From Octopus sinensis (taxonomy: Eukaryota): a stretch of 64,000 nt of DNA. Position numbers and translations under genes: made by a program. Position 1 is the first letter of the stretch. Every line of letters starts with the position of its first letter. Below, in pieces: positions 52,595 to 64,000 of the stretch. Below the pieces are notes generated by a model. It did not search any database, was not told the DNA's origin, and saw only the letters and a list, made by a program, of their open reading frames with translations. The stretch spans positions 74,710,001 through 74,774,000 of the forward strand of contig NC_043003.1 in the NCBI RefSeq assembly GCF_006345805.1, read 5' to 3'.

Positions 52595-53052
52595 GTTTTT
52601 CAACATGGTATTCACACACGACGAATGCCCAAATTTAGATTTGTTTGTATGTGTGTGGGCATCAAATTTATCATTTCAATGCATTGATCCTTGTGCCCTT
52701 CTTAACATATTAAGAAATTGCTTGAAAACCGCAATTTATGTCAGGGAATTTTAACTATTTCAATTCTTTCGACTTTACTTAAAGTTGGCGTAACTGGCTA
52801 CGAAAATCTACGTGCCATAAATTTCTTCGGCCAATGCGAAATGTACGTAGCATTAAGAAATTTTAGATTGTTTTTGACTAGAGAAATTTTATTATTGATT
52901 ATGTTGCTATATACCGAATAAATGCGCTTCTGCCTTAGTGTTTCTATTCATTGTACCTATATATTCAATGAAATAGTAACCGATTTTCGAATTGTTTTAG
53001 GCCTAGTAGTCAAATCAAAGTACCTCCTTCAAATTGAATCAATGCTGTCGGT

Positions 53053-53405
53053 CAGGTGTTCTATGCGATTTTTGTTTTGTGGGGACCCCTTCGATTACTA
53101 TATTATTCTGGTGGACTCCATAGCCAATCGCAGTTTAAACTCTAGTTTTATAGAAACTTCTTTCAAACTTACTATTTCGTTTATCACACATTATCTTGTG
53201 TAGATTGATCTTAGTAAAATGTAAGAGAAAGAATCGTAGCTATTTCTTGCAAAACATACCAATGCACACAACTAAAGCAAAATATTTTTAGGGAGGCTTG
53301 TAAAACCTATCTTGGATCCCCAATTTGCTATTTCATTGTGTGGACACACCAAAATCTTGTATGGACCCTCGGCGAGGCCAATTAGACACCCGTTGAGAAA
53401 CACTG
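53053..53405. mobile_element. Probable hAT (Charlie-like) MITE
   Basis: Right end GTTGAGAAACACTG is the reverse complement of the CAGTGTTTCTCAAC-type hAT TIR. Degenerate left end CAGGTGTTCT; internal GGACCC motifs; imperfect 8-bp flanks CTGTCGGT / CTGTACAT. Confidence 0.5.
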
Positions 53406-54639
53406 CTGTACATGATGTAGTTTTCTGGATACTGCATAGGTCGTTTAAGTATATGTATTATACTGTACTGAATAAATATTTTCTGAAAATATATACATAT
53501 GTTACAAATTACATACTTTATAGCGCGTTGCATGTATTCATAAAATTTTGTATTTTAAATGCTTTTCTCCATTGTCAATGTACTTATTCAATGCTTAGTT
53601 ATGAAATGCTCGTATCAAACATAAAAAAAATAGTTACAAGGCTTAACAAGTTATTTCTTCTGAAGAGAAACATTAAAATGCATTATAGATCTGATACATT
53701 CTTAGAAGGAATATTGAATAATAACCGGAAATGAGATTTTAACGCCGAAATTTATATATATAATGCTAAATATTAAACGAGGTTAATTGATTTCGAATGA
53801 TAGAGTTCTCCACTACTATACATTTCAAACTTATGACTGCTAATCTCTTACTGCATTTACTCGGTCAGTTATAGGAGGCTTTAAATCATGTAGAAGTTCA
53901 GAATTTAATATTCAAAGACCCAAGGTATATCCTTTAAAACAAATACGTCAAAATATCTAATAATAATAATAATAATAATAGGAGTCGGGAAGACGCTCGG
54001 CAAGAAATGGAAGCAAATTTGAAAGAATAAGAAAAAAAACAAAAAACAAAAATAATAATAATAATATTAATAATAATAATAACAATAATCATAATGATGA
54101 TGATAATAATAATGAATAAATTAATAAATGCATAGAAAATACCAATGGAAATGTGAACTACATCAGGAAAATCGAAACAAATTAATTGGCATATATTTAC
54201 ACTGGACCTCACACTGAAAACATCAATACAAGATACATATTCCAAACTGTTGTCTTCATTTTTATTGAAAGATAAATTCTCGTTCGTGCTGTTTCCTTTC
54301 AATGCTTCATAAAACCCTGTATATTCAAATGAAAAATATATAAATATGCAGTTAAATATGCGTTTCTTTTGACTGTTTTGCAGTTATTACCGCATTCGTT
54401 CTTTATGCAATTCCCTGATATTCCATCTTTTATTGCGTCGTTATATTTACATATACATCTGAAGTTTGTTTCTCAACCACTTGGTTTAGGATCAGTCCCA
54501 CTGCGTGATATCTTGGGCAAGCTCCCTCTATTAGATATCCAGACAATGAAAGACTTGTGAGTGGCTTTAGGGGAGAGAACTGCATGAAGTTACACTACTA
54601 CTTTATTATCTCCACTTGTTCCTAGCTCCCCTGTGTGAC

Positions 54640-54836
54640 CCCACAGTCCGCCATTCGCCATGACGTATCGCTAGCCACTATATATTCTTTCTGTGTCCCT
54701 TTCCGCAGGAGAGCATAGGCTCGAAATATTAAAGACTTTATTCACTTTCCGAGCGCTAAACTAATACATCTGTTTTCTTTTGTCTACACCACGTGTCTTC
54801 GTCTTTGTTTTTTTTTTTTTTGAGAGTCCTCCCCTA
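54640..54836 (+). mobile_element. Hammerhead-bearing element, subfamily D2 (core degenerate)
   Basis: GCTAGCCACTA...CTGTGTCCCTTTCCGCAGGAGAGCATAGGCTCGAAATATTAAAGAC...GAGCGCTAAACTAATACATCTG...TGTCTTCGTCTTTG...CTCCCCTA. Confidence 0.75.
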
Positions 54837-54929
54837 TGTATATGTGTGTGTGTGTGTGCATCGGTCTGTGCTGTGTGTATGAATTGAGGATATCATAACA
54901 TCTTTATAATTATATACTTAAAAAATATA

Positions 54930-55195
54930 GGCGCAGGATTGGTTGTCTGGTAAGAAGCTTGCTTCCCAATCAAATGGTTCCGAGTTCAGTCCCACTGCGT
55001 TGCATTTTGAGCAAGTGTCTTCTACTACAACCTCGGGTGACCAAAGCCTTGTAAACGGATTTTATAGAAGGAAGCTGAAAGAATCCCGTCGTATATACAT
55101 ATATGCTCACATGTATTATGTGTGTGTGTGTTTGTGTCTTTCCTCCCACCTTAATTTCACAACCGAATTTGCTGTGTTTACGTCCGGGTAACATA
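54930..55195 (+). mobile_element. SINE family B
   Basis: GGCGCAGGATTGGTTGTCTGGTAAGAAGCTTGCTTCCCAA...GAGTTCAGTCCCACTGCG...GAGCAAGTGTCTTCTAC...CTGAAAGAATCCCGTCG. Confidence 0.8.
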
Positions 55196-55816
55196 GCGTT
55201 GAATCTGTGACCTGTTCACTGACAAAATTTCGTACACGCACACACATATACACATATACTGACATATATTTCAGGCATATGCTCAGGTTTAGTATAACTA
55301 ATAACCTACTGTAGAACTCAATAAACATGTGCTTCAGATGAGTATAGAGTAGTAATAATACTGAAGTGATGACACCGGAAAAAAAACATAACATGCTACA
55401 ATTACTTCTGCAATAATTTGCGATGGCGACTTAGTTAAAATTGCCGGATAACAATCTATAGCATCATCGGGGCCTAAAATATGAAGTGCACTTTATATGG
55501 GAAAAAAAAATTTTTGTAACATACAGGCGTTACGAGGAAGAAAATTTCTGTTGATACCTAAAGCAAATTCTGTCAACAAGTAGAAAAAGTATGCAAATAT
55601 ACGCATGAATTTACTTCAGAATGAAAAAGAAAAGAGATGATGACTCACGCAGACATATAGTCACAGAGGGAGGGGAGATATATGGATACAGGCGTATACA
55701 TGGCGCGCGAGCATACACAGCAAAGAGTGAAAGTGTGTATAGATGTATAGACATGCACACCTATGTATGTGGTTTAGAAACATTTATACACTGACATATA
55801 CCCTGGTGAATGTGGG

Positions 55817-55850
<34 letters not shown>

Positions 55851-56615
55851 TATATATAGAGAGAGAGAGAGTATTGCAGCTTGGAAGATGTTTGTAAGCC
55901 ATTTAACAATACAAAACACCGATACATTCATTTCAACATTTAAATTTAATTTGTGTGAAAATATTTTCGTCGCGTTGAAACCGTGACCTGTTCGTTGACA
56001 AAACTTCGTATACACACACACATATATATATATATATATGTATATGTATGTCCCGCCGTGTTTATCGGGTGTGTGTTTGTGTTTTTCCTCCACACACGCT
56101 TAACAGCCGGTGTTGGCATGTTAACATTCCAGTCATTAGCGGTTCGGTAAAAGATACTAATATAATATTTGTCACACTTGAAAAAAAAAAACAAATGAAA
56201 AATACGGTATTGGGGCGAATTGTTCAGCGACATCTTTGGAGTCACTGCCCCAACATGGGCACAATCTAATTACTGAAACAAGTATCCAAAAGATATAAAA
56301 TATATATGTATGTATGCTTTTATAACACAAGGATATTCATAATATATATGCATATATTCTATATGTATAAAGCGCCTTTGATTTGGTGCTTTATACATAT
56401 AAAGCAGGTAATTATTGATTCAGTGCTTCGGCATATGTCCCTGTGTAAATAGACGCAGAAAGATGCACGCGCTTACGTCCCATCGCACACACATTTTTAT
56501 GTGTCTGACTGTCCTTTTTCTTTCTGTCTCTCTCTGTAAATATCATTGTATATTTTTGCGTCTCGATTTCGGATTTGGTTTGCAAGATTCCTTATATGAG
56601 TTCGTGTGTTGAAGC

Positions 56616-56854
56616 ATATTCTGTTGTGTCTGGGGAGAGTCATTTTCTTTTTGTGCCTTATAATGTGACACACTCATCAGTAAAATTTCCACTTATTTCT
56701 TATTTTTTGTGAGTCAAGACTATTGAAAAGGTTGCAAGAGGCAACGAAAATTTTAGGAAAATAAAAATAAGAAAGAAGTGGAAATTTTTCCGGTGAGTGT
56801 GTTAAATTATAAGGCACAAAAAGAAAATGACTCTCCCAAGACACAACAGTATAT
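56616..56854. repeat. Inverted repeat (~90-bp arms, ~55-bp spacer)
   Basis: CTGTTGTGTCTGGGGAGAGTCATTTTCTTTTTGTGCCTTATAAT pairs with ATTATAAGGCACAAAAAGAAAATGACTCTCCCAAGACACAACAG. Confidence 0.93.
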
Positions 56855-57526
56855 CTTTGCGTTTATATACACATGCATGCCAGTCTGTCATCGTTCTAAG
56901 CATTTTGCCCGTCCTGCTAACGATTCTGCCACCTCGCCTTATAAATGCTACGTATGTATGTAAAGGTTTAATCGTGCAAAAAAACTCCAAAAGTGGTCCA
57001 AAGAATGAAATGAGATTAGATTGCCGTGTTTCTGTTCATCATCCAATTCATTGTTAATTGTAACAATCTGTCACTCATCTCCGTTTGCCACTTATCTGGC
57101 TTGTTCTTTGTTACTTTATTCTTATAAGCTATGGTTTGCTTCATCGGCCCAGTCTGTGATTAAATTGAAGAAGTATAACCTTCAGTTTGTTCATTAGCTA
57201 GATTTTTGCTGACGTCAACATATCCATGTGAAGCTTTGATTAGGCTACACACATTCCGAGCTGCTTTCCTAATGTTACTTAGCAAGACAAAAGATTCAAG
57301 CTCAAACTGAGTTGGCAATTTGTAACATATATGCGCGTATAAACACATAAACAGCCACATGCGCCCACACTCACTTGAATACACACCCATACACACACAA
57401 AAGTACAAAACTATAATTTGAAATCTGGACCTTATGTTTGCTTCATCGTACTACTCATCATTTGCTTGTGGTGAAGCATGCATATTTATGCAAACACGCT
57501 TAATAGTGTGATCAGGATACGTATGG

Positions 57527-57530
<4 letters not shown>

Positions 57531-57581
<51 letters not shown>

Positions 57582-57614
57582 AGCTAGTCAGACAGACAGG
57601 CACTCAGAGAGACT

Positions 57615-57698
<84 letters not shown>

Positions 57699-57961
57699 TG
57701 AATCGTTGAGTATGCTCAAGCGAAAGATTGTCGAGAGAGATTACTTCTCAAGTATAGAATGTGTCGGCATATCACAACAAATTGCAATATAGTACAGAGA
57801 GAGTGCCTAGGGGATGATTATTATTGTCTTTGATAGAATTCATGGCAAAATGTGCAAATTGACTACCACTGCTGCCGCTACTAGAACAATAACTACTACT
57901 GCCAATGATATTATCACTACTGCTATCACTATTTATACCATTACTTCTACTGCTGCGACCG

Positions 57962-58017
<56 letters not shown>

Positions 58018-58220
58018 TTTGCTGCTACTGTGCTGTTGCTCCAGCTACTGTTTCTACTGCTACTACTCATAATAATAACAATATAATATTAATACTACTA
58101 CTAATGATACTACCACTACTACTACTACTACTACTATACTACTACTACTACTACTATTTCTAATAATAATAATCATAATAATAAGAATAAGAATAATAAT
58201 AATAATAATGATGATGATAA
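57531..58220. repeat. Microsatellite cluster: (TA)n, (GATA)n, (CTA)n/(CTG)n, (AAT)n
   Basis: Seen directly; explains the poly-Thr/poly-Ala ORF at 57814-58086. Confidence 0.9.
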
Positions 58221-58814
58221 CGCTTTGTTTTCAATCATCACAGTGTCTGTTTAATCTTTAGGGATCTTTTTTCTCTGTAGGTGTGTTCACACATGCTCAT
58301 CTTTCATTCCTCAGAGAGACAGTGAACTTTAGCAAAGCAACACAAGTCGCATGTAAATGCTACAACATAAACAGTAATCAATATTTAATGGTCATTGATC
58401 TTTCCCGGATGAGAATAATACCGTCAGGAAATAATGGTCGCTCAAATAAAAAGTGATACGTGAGAACGTTGAAATACAAAATTTTGATTCATGGATCGCG
58501 CGGTACCAAGCCTTGCTGTAATGCCAATACGCACACGACCACAGGTACACAAACACACAAATACACACACGGGTCTGCGTGCACACATATATATATATCC
58601 AGTACTTTCTTGTGTGTAACACTATACGCCTGATTTAGAATACTCTCCAAGGTTTGATTAAGGTTAAACAGAGACTTCTTTCACCAGTTACCACAATAAA
58701 AGCGAAACGGACAAAAGAACTAGTTTAAACTTACTACTCCAGCTCACATTTGCTGACAATGTCTCCAGGCATATTTATAAACTGACGAACACACGAAACT
58801 TCAGTGGGATGTTC

Positions 58815-59224
58815 TTTAACTCTTTTACTTGTTTTAGTCACTTGACTGTGGCCATGCTGGAGCACCGACTTTAGTCGAGCAAATCGACCCCAGGACTTAT
58901 TCTTTGTAAGCCTAGTACTTATTCTATCGGTCTCTTTTGCCGAACTGCTAAGTTACGGAGACGTAAACACACCAGTATCGGTTGTCAGGCGATGTTGGGG
59001 GGGGGGCAAACACAGACACAGAAACATATACACACATACATATATATATATACATATATACGACGGGTTTCTTTCAGTTTCCATCTACCAAACCCCCACA
59101 CAAGGATTTGGTCGTCCCGAGGCTATAGCAGAAGACACCTGCCCAACGTGCCACATAGTGGGACTGAACCCAGAACAATGTGGTTCGTAAGCAAGCTACT
59201 TACCACACACCCACTCTTACGCCT
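58815..59224 (-). mobile_element. Full-length SINE family B
   Basis: Minus strand AGGCGTAAGAGTGGGTGTGTGGTAAGTAGCTTGCTTAC...GGGTTCAGTCCCACT...TTGGGCAGGTGTCTTC...GGTGCTCCAGCATGGCCACAGTCAAGTGACT...AAGTAAAAGAGT; possible TSD ATGTTC at 58809-58814 and 59225-59230. Confidence 0.9.
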
Positions 59225-60188
59225 ATGTTCAGATATTTATGATTAAAAAGTACCAATGATTCTGAGATATATGCAGACCACCTATATAATTATATATACA
59301 CATACAAAGAGGTATACGTATAGAAATAAATGTATATATGTATATATACCACCACACAACACGGAAATATTTCTCATCTCATATTTAAGTCTGTAAAAGG
59401 CACAAAAATCATGCGTTATAACTGGAAGTACGAGATCATGAGGGAATATATTAGACACATGTATCTGTAGAGTGTAATTTGTTGTGGTTATAAATGCCAT
59501 CGTTGATACGCAAAGATTAATTCCTAGTACAAGGTATTTGTCAAACCTTGGACAACTGGAATCCAGAACTACGTATATTTTATTGAAACAAGGGAACAAA
59601 AACTTCATGATTAAATTCTTGACATATAACCATGTCAGGTACCATCATAAAAAACATGATATTTTCGAGGAATCCACAGGTAGGATTCATAAAACTATCC
59701 AAGCAATCAGAAATCCGGAAATAATCATATATATGGCAGCGCAAATGTATATTTTGTTGCTGTGTCGATATTTGTAGGAATGACATATATTATATCGTTA
59801 GGCTTCTACTTAATGCAATACATAATGATATGAATCCAGAGCACAAATTTTAAAAAGTGGACGTAAATCATTTAGTGAAATTGCAATTTGGAGGCTAATA
59901 CTCATACACAGTATACATATATTCTCATATTTACACCCTTCCCACATACATATAATATGCGTAAGGAAGTTTGCATGTGTTAAAATAAAATAGACAGAGG
60001 GAGAAAGACAGACAAGTAGAACAGAGGAAAGAACTGTTCATATATGAACTGACAATAAATATATTGATAACAAGGAAAACAAACTGGAAGTGTATGAGTT
60101 AAGAATAAATTAAGTGTAACAGTATAAGTATATGCTCATATTATATGTGTATGTATGTATGAATGTATGTGTTTGATCATGAGAAAAA

Positions 60189-60260
<72 letters not shown>

Positions 60261-61741
60261 CATGAATACATGCTCATATGCACATATACACTCACGTAGA
60301 AAGATCATTGATAAAAATATAAATAAATATGTATGTGTATAAGTAAGTAAATAGAACTGAAATGTTTCAGGACTGATATTTGCTTTCGTCAGTGTATTTA
60401 GTGACAGAGAGTAATACGATCGATATTGCTACTACACTCAACAGCGTCCATCTTTTCTGCAGAAGAATATTATTTCAGTGCACATGAAACGTGTACTGAT
60501 ATAAGTTGATGTTGAGTTATTTTTTAAAAGCAAGTCAACTGAGAAATTGAACGTTTTCTTTGGCATATGTACACACGCACTTAAACATATATCATGGACA
60601 CTTACTCAAACGGATTGTCACTCCACAGCAAATACACTAAGCATAGATACTAATATACACTGATTCTTCATCACAAACACACACTCTTACTTACATACAT
60701 ACATCCATACATACATACATACATACACACATACATATATACATGCATACATACATGCACGCTTCCATGCATACACGCAAGCACACATACAGTTCCCCAT
60801 ATATAAATATATGTATGTATATATATAGATGCACGTGTGTATGTGTGTATATGTGTGTGTGTGTTTGTGTTTGTGTGTGTATCTAAACATTTTTCAAATT
60901 GGACATATTTATAAACGTATGCGTTTTGGAGCGAGCCTCCAGCATACACCAGCGTATTTTCATTATGCCTCGTATTTTCATTATTCATTCTGTTTTACAT
61001 GTCTATATAATGTTTTGCGTGTAAGTCACTGTGTATATAGAGTGGATATAGCTTCTTCTGCTACTAGTGTACACACAATGGTCATGCCTTGAATCTCTAC
61101 TATCCTTTTCATAAGCAGCCTGCTATTCTCAAAAGAAAAGTGCAAAATTCGATGGTTCTCTTTTTCATGATAGATTTCTTACACTTATATTCGCATGGTT
61201 CTAATTTTACTTTCAAATTGTCTGTTAAAATTCTCTTGGCCATTATTTTCTTCATCCTAGTTGCTGCAGCATTGTTTCAGCTCTCGATTTTACTGCATAG
61301 AGTGGGAAGCTTAGAGGTAAAATTCCGTTATATAGGCATTAAATTGGTAGCTTATGTTATCTAAGAACAGAGGGAGCCTATTATTGATTTTTGCTGAATT
61401 GAAGTGATTAATTTCCCTTGAAAATATACATTTATTGTAGTTATGTAACCCCATTCATAATTCACCAGAATCTTGCCTTGGAGTTGAATCTATTGGGCAG
61501 AATTGTCTCGAAAAATATTATAGATCCAAAGCTATCACAGATTTCCACTTACAAAAATCAAATTATTTTTCTTTGATTTTTGTCAGGGTTAATTTATTCA
61601 AAATATGCTGTGTTGTGAGCTCTTTCGAAAATGAATAGCTTCTCAACGAGAAGTTGGCAGTTTAACAAATAATAAGCTTCGCATATGTCAGAATTTGAGT
61701 TGAAAACATCCGATTAACTGAGATTATCTAAGCATGTAGTA

Positions 61742-61782
<41 letters not shown>

Positions 61783-62031
61783 TGGCATGTTTGTACAAAT
61801 GCAATTAAATGAAATGATTAAAATACAGACAATAATTTAATCTAGTGTTTTATTGATGTGGCCATTCATTTAGTTTTAAGTTAATTCATATGTCGTAAGT
61901 AGAAAATGATGTCCCGTAAAGGTCACATACACTAACATACACTTTTGGAGTATAGAAAATCAATGCTTTACACATTGTTGGGACGGTGCTTCAATGACAC
62001 ACATGATAGCTTCATGCTATTCAGTTTTGTG

Positions 62032-62322
62032 AAGGCGTGTGGCTTATTGTTTAGGACATTATGTTCATGATCTTACGGCTCTGATTTTGAATACCGATGG
62101 TGCGTTGTGTCCTTAAACAAGACACTTTGTTGCTCCAGTCCATTAAGCTGGCAAATTTGAGATGTGTTTGCAGTTTATTTGGGCCAGGCTTACCACATTC
62201 AGTGTCACGCTGATTTTCCCAGAGTGTACACGTGTCTATGGAATGCTGAGTCACTTGCATTTTAATTCTACGATCAGGCTGTTCCGCTGGTCAAATCAAT
62301 TGAAACCCTCATCAACATAACT
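62032..62322 (+). mobile_element. Degenerate tRNA-derived SINE (A-related)
   Basis: AAGGCGTGTGGCTTATTGTTTAGG...GTTGCTCCAGTCCA...GTACACGTGTCTATGGAATGCTGAGTCACTTGCA...CAGGCTGTTCCG. Confidence 0.65.
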
Positions 62323-62680
62323 ACTCAGTTTTAAGGCACTGTACCTTCTAAGTTCATGTTCCTCTGAAACAAGGCTTGGTTTTCCTCACCTCAAGCATTC
62401 AGAATTGAAGTGACAACCTCAGAAATTAATATCTATATGGAGAATTAAGTTGCCTAAATTGTCGTGACTTGAATTCTTGCCACTGTCAATTTTGTATATT
62501 TCCTTACATGGTCACTATTTTAAGTTCAAGTTACCAGATACATACCGTGACACATATTTCGACTGCAGCTTTCACACATATTTGGGGCTTTATGCTAAAG
62601 CGTAAGCTTGATATTTCAGATTATTCATTTGTAAAACAACTGGATATCAGATTATTGTCGTCACCTTATGATTATTTAGG

Positions 62681-62732
<52 letters not shown>

Positions 62733-63781
62733 TCTTGCTTTCAGTGTGATAACTTTATAACCGGTGAAATATCTAACGGCATTCAGCTGTTATTTGCTCA
62801 GTTAACTAACTCATAATACATGCATACATACATATATACATGCATACATACATACATATATACATACATACATATATACATACATACATATATACATACA
62901 TGCTTGCATGCATACATACATACATGTATACATATATGCAGATATAAACATATTGTTCCTCAATACACTTAAGTATAATTATATCTATATTATTATATGT
63001 ATATATTAATTTTCACCTGTATGGTTTTCTACCTACTGGTCACTGATAAGATCATTAATTGATTTTGTCCTTAATTATACATATATGTGTGTATGTGTGT
63101 GTTTATAAAATGTATGTGTGTATGTGTGTGTGTATGTGTGTGTGTTTGTGGGTGATTGTGGTCAACCCGTGACTCTGGGAAACTATCACTGGTAACATAA
63201 ACAGCAATGCCTATGCAAAATTGTAGCTCCAGTGAAGTTTGCACGACACATAGATTCTCTCCACGCTGCTGGCTTGATCCAGTGACCAACTGAGGAAAGA
63301 TATTAATGCAAATATGGCTCGTATGTTCAGTAATGTGCGATCAACATGATCGCAGATCAAGCAAATGATACCCAAAATTCCCAATCCAATTCCCTATCAG
63401 AATGGCTTTCTAGAAGAGACATGCTTTAATAATGCAGAGAAGGGGCTCACTGTTATTTGTTTTCCTGCTCGCTGGACACAATCTCGGAGTTTTTGAGGAC
63501 CCGTGATATTGTTAGATATTCATTGAACTTACAATATATTTTTCAGAGGTCCTAATTTTAATCCGGCTGGGGTTCTAGCAATGCAATAGCATAAAAGTTT
63601 GTAATGGATTCCAAGTTGCGAGCAGCAATCATATCAGAACTCACAAGTGACATGTCTACAAACAAACGTACAAATACATATTTATGTGCATACACGCACA
63701 GACACACATATACATACACACATAGGTATAGGTAGACTGACAGACAGATAGTCAGAAAGACAGGCACACAGAGAGATAGGA

Positions 63782-63841
<60 letters not shown>

Positions 63842-63877
63842 GATAGATAGATAGATAGATAGATAGATGGATAGATG

Positions 63878-63939
<62 letters not shown>

Positions 63940-64000
63940 GATACAACTTGTGTGAGAGCCTGTAGAATGAGAAAAGTAAATAAATAAAATTAAATAAGAT

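Noticed and set aside
63170-63500. Tc1/mariner-like fragment (GNINS..Y; ND...SEWL)
   Set aside because: Motifs are too degenerate and no TIRs were identified.

Overview
Eukaryotic, very AT-rich, microsatellite-dense non-coding DNA. The repeat landscape suggests a cephalopod, probably Octopus (inference from recognising the repeats, not from a search). I found no intact protein-coding gene; nearly all listed ORFs are microsatellite read-throughs or decayed transposon fragments. The window holds three or four abundant tRNA-derived SINE families, some with clear target-site duplications (TSDs) and one nested in another SINE. It also has relics of R4/Dong-type, Tx1/L1-type and RTE-type LINEs, a Helitron helicase relic and a probable hAT MITE. 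The most interesting signal is a dispersed family of ~200-bp non-coding elements, at least seven copies, mostly docked on (TA)n tracts, that carry a minimal type I hammerhead-ribozyme motif. Stem I covaries between two subfamilies, and one subfamily appears to share a non-canonical CUGUNGA core. These resemble Penelope pseudo-LTR or retrozyme-like elements. There are also at least six long fold-back inverted repeats, three clustered at 47.6-49.2 kb, one with a split hammerhead core in each arm. All coordinates were read by eye; repeat boundaries are approximate.
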